Shown here piece by piece: positions 49,385 to 62,649 of a stretch of DNA of 64,000 bases. Both the position numbers and the translations under genes were made by a program. Source of the stretch: Vicugna vicugna (lineage: Eukaryota); the NCBI GenBank assembly GCA_013265495.1, contig MU058584.1:5918407-5982406 (forward strand), read 5' to 3'. The number at the start of each line of letters is the position of its first letter. Positions within the stretch are counted from its first letter, which is position 1. The notes under the pieces were generated by a model, which was not told the origin of the DNA, ran no database searches, and saw only the letters and a list, made by a program, of their open reading frames with translations.

Positions 49385-51245
49385 CTGGAGAGAAAGAATA
49401 GGAAGAAGCCTGCACTCCAGTTTAAGTAAGAGTTCTAAGAACTGAGTACTAGTCACCACAAAAAAAAAAAAAAATTACAGCAAGTCTGCCTACTTGTGGC
49501 ATAATAAACAGAACTACGACTTTAAGGAAATGGCCAACTGAATGAGCCTGCTTAAGCATTACAAGGTTAGAAAGAAGGAAAATACAATGGAAAGGCTTCT
49601 GTTCTCTCCCCCTGCCGGGTGAGGCAGGTTAATAAAGACATTAAGGCCGCTGCACGGATATTACACAAACCCATCTCCACGGGAGTCAGGAGGTGCAAGG
49701 GCCCTTAAACATGAATCTGCAAGTCTGTATAACCTACATCATCTGCTTCCAGTGCCTTTCAAGATAAAGTTTATCTTCGCTCCCAGAGGTTATTGTATTA
49801 ATTACCTCCTCTAAATTCTTTCTCACCTACATTCTATCACGAACCCAGATCCACTTCACCTGAAAGCTTGTCAGTAGCCATTACAAAAATTCTGCCTGAA
49901 GGAGAGGAAAATGGAAGGAAAAGGACCATCAGAAATATCCCACAGACCACAGACGAGCCAAATTTAAAACTATAAAAAAAAAAGTACAGTCAAATAAATG
50001 AAAGGGAAGAAGAGAACGAGAACGGGGTTGAAGTTCGGTTTTTTTCCAAACCAGAAATCAGTCATCCCAGTAGCTCACGTGCATTTTAAACACTCTACCC
50101 GCCAGACCAGATATGCACACATTTTTATAGAAAACACTCCAAGATATATATTTTTCAAAGGGAAGCTTAGAATAGTATGTGTGGTGCGTTTCCATTTGAG
50201 AAAACGCAAAGGAGCGAGAGCACAGAGGTGCCTGCTGTTTACGCACAAACACCACCTCTGGGCGACACGCCGACCCCCCGCCGACCCCCGCGGCTGTCCG
50301 CGGGGAGGAGCAGGGCGCTGGGCTCACGGAGGGCAGGCGGACGGGCCCCCACCTGCACTCTCAGGCTGTTCAGGCTTTTCACCACATTCATGCACTTCTC
50401 CAACAAGGAAGATACTCCTCCACAGGGGAGCATTAACACCTCTTCGTATGTGAATCTCAGACATACTTTTAAGAGGTGACAATTCCAAAGTGATATGCGG
50501 AGAGTCTGTCTCCCATTAACAGAACATTTCAAAAAATAAAAGCATTAAAATGAGTCAAATGTAAGGGTTTCTAACCTGTGACTGGTGTTTTTTTTTTTAA
50601 TCTTGGGGGTGCTGCCAAAGGCCTTAATGCTTGAGATGTAAATTCGATTAAGCAGCAGTAGCTCAATAATACTGTTAAGAAACAGACCAGAAGTAAACAT
50701 AGAAACTCCCACTTTCTCCCCTCAGCACAAACACCGCCACAGTGTTAGGCGGCTGTCTCTCTCTGGTACCGCCTACTCGATGGGAAGGGGTGTGTAAAAC
50801 TGCCTCTTTCTAAGAAATGGTAATTTAATAATCTAAAATAGGAAAAAAAAAAAAACCTACTGAAAACAAATAGGAACTCTGGTCCACAGCAGCACTGAGG
50901 TTCTTAAACCTTTATTTTGTCTTAATAGCAAACACCAGCCATGGTTGTTTTCAGGTAAAGACTTGACCAAAACTAGAGAGAGACGACAGTAAACAGAAAT
51001 CAAGTTGTACAAGTAACTGCCCAGGGACGAAGACCTCATTGTCCGTTCCACAAACCACCTGTCTGCAGCATCCCTCATGCCTTCCCATGTGCTCTTTTCC
51101 CTTGCGGAGCTTTCTGGTAAGAACGGTAACTTCTGATTTCTACAGGTATCGTAAGCCACAAGTACAACCACACACATCGTCCCCTCCGCCCTCCGGCCGG
51201 GGCGACAGGAAAGCCTGTGAGGCAGACTGTGTCCAGGTTACTTAC

Positions 51246-51431
51246 TCTGTCGTGGAGGAAGATAAGAGCCAGCAATATGTCATAGATCCCAGCGCAGACC
51301 TCTGCAGAAGACAGTGTCTCCAAAGCCACTTCCAGAGGCTGCACTCGCTCGGTGACAAGATGAATGCCATCTGCTTCCACAGTGCACGATAAAAATCTTA
51401 GCAAGCAAGGGTGACGAAGTGTCTTCAGGTG
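51246..51431 (-). CDS. SCYL3: SCYL3 coding exon (HLKTLRHPCL...IFLHDR)
   Basis: ttaaag|CAC ... AGA|gtaagt; 186 nt. Confidence 0.94.
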
Positions 51432-51444
51432 CTTTAAAAATACA

Positions 51445-51833
51445 GAGAAAGAGAAAGAAAAAAATACCGTATGATATCACTTATATGTGGAATCTTAAAA
51501 AAAAAAAAAAAGGACACAAATGAACTTATTTACCAGAGACAGACTTACAGACAGAAAACAAACTTATGGCTACCAGGGGGTAAAGAGGGTGGGGAGGGAT
51601 AAACTGGAAGCTGGGGATTTGCAGATATTAACTACTATTATTAAATAAACAAACAACAAGGTCCTCCTGTACAGCACATGGAACTATATTCAATACTTTG
51701 TAATTGGCTATAATGAAAAAGAATATGAAAAGGAATATATATTATATATATACATATATATATGAATCACTATGCTGCTTACCAGAAATTAACACAACAC
51801 TGTAAATCAACTATAATTTAAGTAAAATAAAAT
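51445..51833 (+). mobile_element. Young L1 3' end inserted in the SCYL3 exon-3 acceptor region
   Basis: tatgatatcacttatatgtggaatct...ggtcctcctgtacagcac...aacacaacactgtaaatcaac plus (taaaa)n tail; TSD aaaataca at 51437-51444 and 51834-51841. Confidence 0.85.
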
Positions 51834-52559
51834 AAAATACAAACAGAGGAGCTGACGAAGTTAATGATTCAAAACCAGATTAATTACAGTTTCATACACA
51901 TTTCAGTCAAGTCAGAGGATGTTTACTTACATGCAAAGTCCTTTCCAGCTTCCTACTTCCCCCTCCTACCCCCCAAATTTGAATTAAGGCAAAGGGAAAC
52001 CCAGGACTGTTGTGACAGTATTCACTTTACCAACATTTAGGTAACTTACAGAGACCTGCAATTCCATTATGGCAGTGTAAGGCCCCTGAGAGCCCAGCTC
52101 TCCCAATGATTACTGCTATAAACTCTGAACCAAGTGCCCAAACCAACTATCTGAGACTCTGAAAAGGAAACAACAACATGTAGATCATGGAGCAGGGTCG
52201 CTCATGGGGGTGAGCTTCCTGGTCAGGGACTGCCCCTTCTCACAGCTGTGCACTGAAGGCAGGTCCCAGTTGCAGGGAAGTGCAGCAAAGGTGGCTAGAA
52301 CTCTGACAGACACTGTGCCATCCTTCTGGCCAGGAGAATCACAGAAAGGCAGGCCGGAGGACGAGGAGGCTCTCCCAGAAGAGAGAGAGCTGCAGAAGGA
52401 GATGCCCTAGTTATCTGTATCCCCACCCAGGTCCCAAATGGACCCCTGGACCAACCATGCACAGGACAGACCCAAACCAGCAAAGCACAGGTTTGAGAAA
52501 TGAACTGAGGTTTGAACTACTATGCACAGAAGGGCAAGAGGAGAGTGGCTAAAAAACAT

Positions 52560-53950
52560 GAAGCGTGAACCTAAGGGGACTGACTGCCTGCTAAACAGAA
52601 ACCACCAACATTCTCCAGAGGATTATAACAGAACCAAGAGTCTACCCTGCATGACATTCGAGATGCCCAGGAGGCAACATCACTCAGCAGACACGAAAGT
52701 GTGAAAAGACAACCAGCAAACATCAACCCTAAGATGGACCAGAAACACCAGATATGAGAACTTCCTACCAGAGAGAATTTGAAGCAGGTTATTATAACCA
52801 TTCTCCCCTCAGGTAAAGGAAACAGTTATGAAATAAGGTGAAAGATGCAAGTTCTCAGAAGAGAAATGAATGTTACGTAAAAGAACTAAACAGAAATTTT
52901 AGAAATTAAAAATAAAAAATTACAAATTAAAAATTCAATGGATGGACTCAATAACAGAACGATGGCGATAAGCGTAAGAGTTAGTGAACGTGAAGATGTT
53001 AACCAATCTAAAGAATAGAAAGGAAAATGTTATTTTTTTTAAAAAACCAGAGCTTCAGAAACCTGTGTTACAATAACAAGAGGTCTCATGACATAACTGG
53101 AGTTCCAGAAAAGAAAGAAGAATTGGGGCATAAAGAATATAACGGCTGAAAATTTCCCAAATTTGGCCAAATTACTTAAGTTTACAGATTTAAGAAGTTC
53201 AATGAAAACCAAAAAGAATAAACCAAAGAAAACTACGTCAAAACACATTATCATCAAACTCCTGAAAATTAAAGATAAATTTTTAAAAATCTTGGAAGCT
53301 AGAAAAAAAATTACACATTGGGGGAAAGAAATAACAAACTGAATGATACTAACTTCTCATTAAGAAAATAGAGGCCAAAAGACAAAGGAGAACTATGTTT
53401 AAAGTACTGAAAGAAAAAAATGATCAACCCTGCATTCTCTATCTAAAAAAAAAATATCCTTCAGGAAAGATGGCAAAATAAAGGCATTTTTGATCATGGA
53501 AAACAGAAGAGTTTCAGTTAGAAGACCTGCTCTACAAAAATGCTGAAGCACGTTTTTCAGGCTGAAGAGGAAAAGATGCCAAAGGGAAACTTGGCTCTTC
53601 AAGATTAAAGGAAGAGCATGGGAAATAGTAAATATCAGAATAAATTTAAAGGCTACACTTTTACCTCTTATTTTAAATATATATGACTATGTGAAGTCAA
53701 TACTGTAACACTGCCTGGTACTTTCAATGTGTGTGATGTGTTGGTGTGCCTGGGCGCGCACAACTGATATATATTTAACAAAACAACAGCAGGGCAGGGG
53801 GCTGGAGACACCAGCAGGAGTCCAAGGCTTCTGCATTTTACGTGACTGAGGTACAATACTAACCACAAGTGGACCACTAAAAGCTAGTTATGGATACTGA
53901 AATCCTTAGCACAATCATACAGCCCCCCAATCGAGATACACTGAAATGGA
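52560..53950 (+). mobile_element. Old L1 (L1M-type) ORF1-region fragment; boundaries approximate
   Basis: A-rich L1 ORF1 motifs (aaaaattcaatggatggactcaataacaga, gctgaaaatttcccaaattt, agacctgctctacaaaaatgctgaag). Confidence 0.65.
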
Positions 53951-56900
53951 ACACTAGAAAGTATTAACGTAATCCACAGCAAGAAAAGCTTGGTCTAAAG
54001 TGACTTTTTGTTTGTTTAACGAAGGAAGAAAGGAAGGAGTAACTCCCTGCGTGATTCTGAACAAGGCAGTTAACTCAGCGAGAACCTGATTTGTCACTCC
54101 CCTTTGGCACACACAACATTATGCATAAATTATGCACAGATTTGTAGGAAAGGTTAGTAGTTAAAAATCAAATAGGAATATTTCTTAATTCAAATTTCTG
54201 CTGCTCCAAAGAACAGAGGGAACAACAAGATGCTAAGTGTAACTAAGATATTTTCTCAACGCACATCAGTTAAAGTGATTAACGCCCCTGGTTCTGGTGG
54301 AGGAAGCTGACTCTTGTTCAGTCAGCGCCGTGAAAGCATCTGTCCCAAAGCAACTCGATACCATCCACTGTACTAGGTGCTGGTCTTGGAAAGAGCATTC
54401 TGACTAGGAACTTTTATTACCGAACATGAGTAGTACTGGATCATTTGCCAGTATGTGCACTTACCTATGCTCACACAGAGATCTTAAGTGTGAGATTCCT
54501 GTCATGAATAGAAACTATTTCTACTTTTTAGGAGCCAGTTATGACTCAGCTATCCAGAGAATTAATTCAATCCTTATGGGGCGTCACTTTTCATTACCAG
54601 TCTACCACTGGTTTGCTATTTCACTTTGAAAACAACCAAAGTAGTAGTTCTTAACTTCTTGCAGGTTTTTAGACAGGGAGAAAGCCTTAATTTCACTGTT
54701 AGGGAAATACAACAAAATAACAAGACGTCTAACCTAGACAGCAAGAATTTTCAGGGAGAAATATTCTTCCTTGTACCCCTGAGATGCAGATCTGGGCAAA
54801 GATAGAAATATAGTCTATCCTTACATGCCCACTGCCTGGAGGTTAGATCATAAACTAGAAACAAAATGCAGAAAGGGAAACGGATAAAGGGTTCCATGTT
54901 GCAAAGCCTGCATTTGAGGTGCTGGTGGAACATCCAGGTGGAGGTGCTCAACAGGCAGGTAGAGATAGATCTGGAGCCCAGAAGAGAGGATCTGACGGAT
55001 ATTTAGAGAAGAAAGGGCGAGAACGTGAAGCCTGAAAACTGTGATGGGAACTGGTAAGGGGCCAGGCCCACCTGGTGACCCTATCACACCTGAGGGAGCC
55101 GGGACACTTCCAAAGTTCTTCTGAATAAATAATGTTAGGAGCCTTGTAAAAGAACCAGATTTTGATCACGAGATGAAGGAAATCAGTTTTTAAAAAGCTG
55201 ACAATGCAGGGAAGTTGATTTGCTGGAATAAGGGTTCTAAATAGCACAGAAAAGGGCGGAGAGGGAGGGGAACAGAGAGAAAACGTCACTCTAAGAAAGC
55301 GCAGCACAGCCGAACCCACACAGAAGGCGCGCCTTTCAAGCACAGCAGTCGGCTCTTCTGCTTCCTTCTCGTGCCCACGCACCGTGGGTCCTCAAATACG
55401 CTGACCGCCCTTCCACGAAGCAGCCTGAACCCATCGTGGAGAAGAGCGTCCCGTCTGCCAAGGCACCAAACAGAGCGCGTGCTCTGCGTCTATACGCCTA
55501 CCCCCCCACAACGTGGCTGCTCAGTATAGACACTCGTGAGCCACTCTCTGAGCTTGTACTTTGTGTTATGTCCAAACCAAGCACTCAGATTCCAGCAAAA
55601 CACAGTAACCAAGTTCTGACTTAGGATCTGTCATTCCTTAATGAGGCTAAGGGTTAGAAATGGGTCATAATCACCGGTCAGAAAAATCATATTCTTATAG
55701 CTAATGACTTCAAGATAAAACGAGAAGGTAAGATGCACTTTTGAAGTATTTCTGATGTTCCTTTGTGGCCAAAGGTTGTACCTGCATTTCACCTTCTGTC
55801 AGAGTCAGTGTGTTGTGAGTGTCATTTTTATTTACAAGAGCGGAGGAAGAGCATGTTCACCACCCAGCAGTATCCGGCAAGGAAAGCATTGTGTGTAAGC
55901 TTGACATGGTCATTAGAACTATCAAGGGTGGGGTTAGGGACCTGAGCTCCAGAGAAAGTGAGGCAAGCTCACTATATTGCTTTAATATTTCAGGTGTCTA
56001 GGAAGTCAAGTTCTTAAAATATGACGCAATGCCACACATTTCTCAAGCACTGTGACCTGAATCTAAACTCTATCATTGTGTTGCCATTTCAAATTTCTCA
56101 GACTCATGGCTCAGTACTCAAAGCCACAGGATGTCCTGAAGAACATAAGAGACAAGTATAAACTACTGGAAAAGACTCAGTTGTGGCTCAGACAGGCATG
56201 CACACGTAATAAGGAAGAAAAAAATCTCCCCTCTCAAGTTCTGCAATTCCTGCAGGACAGAAGTCCTCAAACATCAAGTGTTGATCTTTGTTTTTCCTCT
56301 TTAAAACCTTCATGAGCTGGGCTGTTCAATTTCTTGGTATATATACCATAAAGATTAATCTAATTTTTAAAAATCTTACGGTCTTTTCAAAAAAAAATAC
56401 TAAGAAAAATTATAAATCCCTAGTACTTCACAATAATAGTCACTTTATTTAAAAAATGTGCAGCCTTACTAGATGAAAATAACAGGAAGTGTGTCAGATA
56501 CTAACTGCACCCAAGAATAAGACAGGGAGGCAAGGCATGTTATCTTTTGCAAAATCATAATAAAAAATTATTACAAATTCCTAGATGGGATGGAAAAGAG
56601 ACAAACACGTGATCTCACCAAAAAGCCAAACTACTCAGCCGTACAACAGCCAGCATACTCTTTACCACAATTCATTCGTGGAAGTGCATCCTGAAAGGAA
56701 CATTTTCCTTAGGAACCACCTTATAACTGTTAACTTCATGCCTCTTCAAAGATATCAAATAATAAACTGGTGTGACACATAAAATGCCGAAATTGTATGA
56801 CTGATATTATAGATTGAATATAGCCCTCTATAATGATGAAAAAGGTACAAATCATTTAAACAGACCCATGAAAGAGACATCAGTGTTTCACACCTGTTGA

Positions 56901-57798
56901 TAGTACAAAGCGACTCAAGGTAACACAGATAGCTCTTAACAGAACAGAAGTATCAAACCAGCCTGAGGAGTGTGCCTGCCACAGTGAACACTGAAGAGTT
57001 CATTCACGCAGCTACACTTGCCTTTCCGCAACCTTCCCGAAGATAATCTGAATGGCTGACTACCCAAGGAAATATCAGCGAATGCTTCTGCTCTGTCCAA
57101 GTTGAAAAGTCACTGAAGGTTGTTTTACTGGACTGTACCCAAGGTAGGATCATTTTTCCTACCGAGAGGACAGGGTCCCCGGACAGCAGGCTGGCCAGCA
57201 CGCGCACGCGCCCTTGCCCAGGAGCAAGGCTTAGAGGGAGTGAGGCCGGGAGGACCTCCTTCCGAAGGAGGCAGCCGAAGCCTCCGGAAGCCAACCCTCT
57301 AAGCCCCTCTCAGCAAGAGCTGGAGCCCAGGTCACGGTCTTCCTGGGGCCTCCAGTCCAACGTTCCAGTTTCACGTTCTTTCTAGGAGCATCACAATGCC
57401 TCAGGAAAAGGAAAAACAGTTCTTAAAATGCTTAATTCCCAGGTCCATCATCCATATGCTAGACAAAATGCTGGCAATACTTACGGCAGTTTTGCTAAGC
57501 TAGGTTAGCTCCCTTCATCTTCTGTGAGCCATGTAAAATCACCTCCCAAACCTCACTAAAAAATAAGATGCGATGACAGCTAGCCCGCCGAGTGGTGTGA
57601 AGCCGCCGGCTGATCTATGCTACCGCACCCCTTCATGTAGGCTGGAGGTATTCCCATGAAGTAAGGACTCCTCTATTTTTCAAGGACATGAATAAAAATA
57701 CATTCCTATGGCCTACTGCCTTTGAACTTTATTAATTTCATATATTTTAATAGAAAACAAAAAAGTAAAAAGTACTAACTAGTTGCCTGTTACGGTAC

Positions 57799-57963
57799 CT
57801 TGGCAGCTTTATTAACTTTATCTTCGTTTTCTCTCTTATACACAAAAACCGAAGCGAATTTGCCATCCTGCAGCACCGCGGGGTACACGGCAAGCCCGGA
57901 GGGCAAGGTGAAGGGTGGATCTTTCAGTGCATAGCTCTTCAAAGCGCTGTTCTCTGATCCCAT
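57799..57963 (-). CDS. SCYL3: SCYL3 first coding exon ([10 protein letters not shown]...VNKAAK); N-myristoylation motif MGxxxS
   Basis: ATG at 57963-57961, with an in-frame TAA two codons upstream. Donor AAG|gtaccg. The acceptor of this exon (UTR part) is at 58015/58016. Confidence 0.95.
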
Positions 57964-58369
57964 CCCTTATGCCTCGAGGCGGTGCTGCTGCAGCTCCTCC
58001 TCAAATCCCAGCAGCCTTGAAAGAAAACAGAAGAGATTTCCACACATTGTATCTCCATCTGCGACATGAGCCAGACAGCCAACTGCCCTGACACAGACAC
58101 CGACACCTACAAGTTCCTGCAACCCTCGATAACTAGGCCGTTTGACACTAAAAACAGTAAATGCTCAGCAAGTTTCCCGCAATGCTTGTCAACTGACAAC
58201 AGCTCTAGGAAAAATGCACGTAACCAAATAGACACACAGTGACTGTTGGCCTCAGCCCCTGCCCCCCAACCCCTTTCCTAGTAGAAAGGGAGTCAGACAC
58301 AGAAGAGCTCTCTTGCTCCCTAAGCCACTCGCATAGCCTGCCTCACAGAGGAAAGTGTTGCAAAACTTG

Positions 58370-58945
58370 ATCATTCAAAAATAAGCTTCTGTATGTCTAA
58401 AGTAACTTAAAATTATAAGAAAAACAATATAAACTGGAGAACATTTCTAGCAATGATGAAAAGCATGTTAACAGAGAGCTCATACAACCATCCCACCCAA
58501 TTAAAAAAAAACAAAACACTAAAACACCAGCAGAATAATGGGAAAGGAAACAGACAACTCACTGAATACAAACGACAATAAATATAAGAAAAAGTGCAAT
58601 CCCACTGCTCTTCCCAGTTATGCTAAAAAGGGGAAAGTGCAAAACTGTATAACCTCAAATGCTAAAAAAACAACCCACACACGCACATGACATTCAAGAA
58701 AACGCAGACTACTCTATGACAGGAAATAGATCAGTGGTTTCCCGGGGTGGGGGCAGTTAGAGGGACCAGGGGAGAGGAAAGGGTTACAAAGGAGTATAAG
58801 GAAACTTTGGAGGCAAAGGATATATTCAGCATCTTGATTATGATTATGTTGATGGGTGACTACAAATACCAAAACTTACAAAACTGTACTTCAAATATTG
58901 TAGGTTTATTACATGTCAATTATACCTTAATAAAGGTGTTTTAAA
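58370..58945 (+). mobile_element. Old L1 (L1ME/MC-type) 3' fragments
   Basis: agatcagtggtttcccgggg...tttattacatgtcaattataccttaataaagg. Confidence 0.55.
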
Positions 58946-59289
58946 AAGAAATCCATGTATCAGTAGCTACACACACACACACACACAAAGACATGAAAAA
59001 TGCTGAAGTATTAACAGAGGCTTGTTGTGGGGGTCAGATTGTGCGTGACTCACGCGCATTCAGACACACATTTGCCTGCACCTCCCAGATCTTCTACAAT
59101 TAAGAACATATCCCTTTACAACAGGGATACAAACTCTCATGGTCACAACAGGCAATGCTCAGCACACCTGTGGTACCGGTAGGGTAGCAAAGGGCCTACT
59201 GTGTGCACAGGCACCTCCTGCGACCCAGCGTGCACTCTGAAGGGGACCCGCCACCACAACATTCCAACCAGGACGGCAGTCTTGAAGCT

Positions 59290-59440
59290 GCCAGATCATG
59301 CCATTTATCACAAAGAGCCAAGAGTCTGAATATTTATGTGGAAATTTCCGTGTTTTTCAATGCTGGCTCAAGTGTTTTCAAACCTGTACAGGACAAGCAA
59401 CATATGTCTGAAAAGCCTGGGGCAGTCAGTTTTCAGTTCT
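59290..59440. mobile_element. MER103-like hAT relic
   Basis: ttatgtggaaatttccgtgtttttcaatgctggctcaa...caacatatgtctg. Confidence 0.4.
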
Positions 59441-59945
59441 GGCTTTACTGTAATTTTAAAAATAAAAGATAAAAAAGAGTTTTTTCTAACTCTGGCAGGG
59501 TGGCAAGTTGCTAGCTCTAAATTAACACAGCCAAAAATTCTATGTAGGCCTTTAAAATTTTCAGTTTAAAATCTGCATCCTTGGGGTAGATATAAACCCA
59601 ATAATCATTATATAAAGAACCTCCACCTGGATTTTTCCCCTACTTTGGTGAAGTTCTACACAACACTTGCGAAGTTATCAGAGTATATAATGTTGCTCAA
59701 AACACAGACCCAAAACAGAATTTTAAGTGCTACAGACCCACACACATCACATAAGGAGCACAGCATATAAGGGCTACAGCTATGCAAAACTGAAGTTTTT
59801 TTCAAATCTGAGGATAAGAACAAAGCTGGTTCTGTAACAAATCCACTGAGTTCCTGCCTACCTAGCAATTTATCTTTCTTCAGAATGACAGAGAAGTAAA
59901 GGAAACCCCAAAAAACAGTATTAAAAACGTCACGTATCTCAACCA

Positions 59946-60177
59946 CATGTGACCCCTGAAAAACACAGGGATTAAGGACACTGACACCCTCACAGTCCAA
60001 AGCTGTCTAGCTTCTCAGTTGACCTTCCCCACCTGCAGGTCAGCTTGGTGGATTCAACCAGCCAAGGGGATCCAACCACCTGCAGATCGTGAAGTCCTGC
60101 AGTGGGAATTTACTGGAAAAAATCTGCATGTAAATGGGCTCGTGTGATTCAAACCCATGTCATTCAAGGGTCAACCG
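59946..60177. mobile_element. Tigger-family MITE (MER8/Tigger3-like)
   Basis: Terminal inverted repeats tgacccctgaa ... ttcaagggtca; ~230 bp. Confidence 0.7.
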
Positions 60178-61207
60178 TGTAGGTAACACTCCCCTTTCTA
60201 CTGGGGCCACAAATAAAATTAACATTTATGTAGGATCATGGAGAGAAGCAACTACTGTTAATTCCGCTATTCTAGAGATGGTGTGGTGCCCGCCCAGCCT
60301 GTGACTTGCCCCCCAACCCCCCACCCCAGTAGGGAAGGTCGTGTTTAGTACTAGGATCTTGCTCCCCTCTTCTTGGGCACAGTTAATAGGTCAGGTTCCT
60401 GCCCTGGGCCAAAGCGCAGTCAACTGACATATTAGCCATCTGTAGGACCCACGGCCTGCATGAAGAGTCTAGCTGGATGATCACTGTCTGCCCCAGGAAT
60501 CTGAATGAACAAGAGGTACTTCTGTCTATTAGCAGCACAGCTGAAGGTAAAAGGATGCCATGTGGTAGAGTTAGGGCTACAGCAAGCCAAAGCCATGTGA
60601 GAGCAGGAACTTGGCAAGCACAGAGGAAGCCGGCCGGCAGCAGAAGGAAAAGCAAACACTGGGAGAGTAACTTAGATTCACAAGGTCACATCCCTACCCC
60701 ATCTCGAGACTTCAGGAAAGCCAGCTTCAAATTCATGTCCTCTCTGCCTCACTGCCACCCTTCCCATCAGGGGTAGCCTGAGGTACACCTGAGGTGCCTT
60801 GAATGGGTCTATGTTCTTCAAAAACAACTGCCATTTCACAAGCAGGAGTTCTCTTTAACCACTCGTGTCTGGAAAACCTGTCAGACTAGGGGAATGAGTT
60901 AGAGACGTGCTACTGGGGAAAGTGCGCCCTAGCCACAAAGTACAGCCTTCCAAAACCCACACGTAAGGAACTATGAGAAAATGAAAATCCTGGCAGAAAA
61001 GCATGCTGCTATTTAGTTTTTATATTAGTCTCCAAAGGAGATAAAACGGTCACGAGAATTCAGGGCCAGTGCTCCGGCTAAATGCATGCCAGCAAGCAGT
61101 GGTACAGCAATGGACATTCACTTAGTCATTTCTAAATAGCAAAATCCTTCCTTGCGGGAATACTAGGCCTTACAGCACCTTTTAACCTTTCACTTAACAT
61201 TATGAGC

Positions 61208-61372
61208 AGGGAGGGTTTAGCTCAGCGAGAGAGGACACGCCTAGCATGCATCAAGGTCCTGGGTTCAATCCCTAGTACTTCCATTAAAATAACTAAATAA
61301 ATAAACCTAATTCCTACCCCCACCCCTCAAACAAAAACAAAACCCGCAAGCAAAATAAATAAAATTTTTTTT
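61208..61372 (+). mobile_element. tRNA-derived SINE (camelid vic-1-like family)
   Basis: gggagggtttagctcag...ggtcctgggttcaatccc...aaataaataaacctaattcc; flanking attatga repeats. Confidence 0.85.
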
Positions 61373-62649
61373 AAATTATGAATTCCACTACAAGATCATT
61401 AACTTTATAAAAGCTTTAGGAAGATGTTAAAACTGGGAGTTTTTCTTAGCAGTGCATATTTGGTCTAAGACCCCAAGAAATACCACTTAAAAATTAAAAG
61501 GAATGAGTCACTTTCTTGTGAGAATTCGAAAGGATGACATTTTGGGGGGTTAAACTGGTTTAAAAGCATGACTAATGTTGACAGAAATCTACTGATACCA
61601 TCAGAGCAATGCTTACAGAGTAGCTGGGTTTTATCCTATGTCTGGTGCAAACTTCATTAGGGGGAAATAAAAGGATGAACTGTTGACTGCAATTTGAGGA
61701 TGTCTTAAAAGCAGTAATTCTTAATTCTTTACACAACTCTATCCTAAGAGACACAGAGACTGTGGATAGAGAGAGTGCTTTAAAAATAGTAACTCAGCTA
61801 CAGGGAACTTCACGAAGACTAATAAACAATGACACATGGATTTCCAAAATGCTTTTTTGTTTCAAGAGGTGAAGGGGAAGACACAGAATCTTTTAACTTT
61901 GAAATTAAAAAGTTACAAAAAGGCAGAGAAGGATATTCTAATATTGTGATATTCACATGGACTATTTTGCAGAATTTGCCATTTTCACTCTCTACAATAA
62001 ACTGTTGGGGAGTTTCTGACTTGAGTATGCATCACGGTCTTCTTTCCTAAATGGTGTTCACCTGTCTTCCTCCATCCTTTTGCCTCCTCAGGCAGCACAT
62101 CAAGTTTCCCGGCCACCTGTGGGATTACAAAAGCCCTTGTCTAGGTCACTGGGCAACTCATCACTAAACTAAGAAATCAGTGTCGCCCGGGGAACTCTCT
62201 CTCCCTCTGTTCCTTTCGGAGAAATTAACCGAAATGATCCTGATCCTGGCTCCCTTGGCCAGGAAGTTCCAACGATAAGCGTTTGCACTGAGTTCAAAGG
62301 ACACTCTGTATCGAGTGGTATTTTATCTCGTGGTCACACTACTTCGGCCCTTTGCTTTAATCTGTTTCACGTATATATTTCCCTGTACTGAACTCAGCCC
62401 AGCAATACGTAACGAAGCCCTTAAGGGCCAAAAGAACTAAGTATGATTTCAGCTGACAAGGGATGTTACATGGGTACGCACAAGGGTCCTTAAAAACAGT
62501 AATAACAGGGATTCGAAAATTCAGCACTCAACTGAGTAGCCACATGGTTTCCCACATAGGATTTTCCGAGAAATGTTTCATCTTTATTCTCAACAAAAAG
62601 CACTACCCAAAGACAGGAGCCAGCTGGGCCTCGGGGGCCTGGCACTGGT

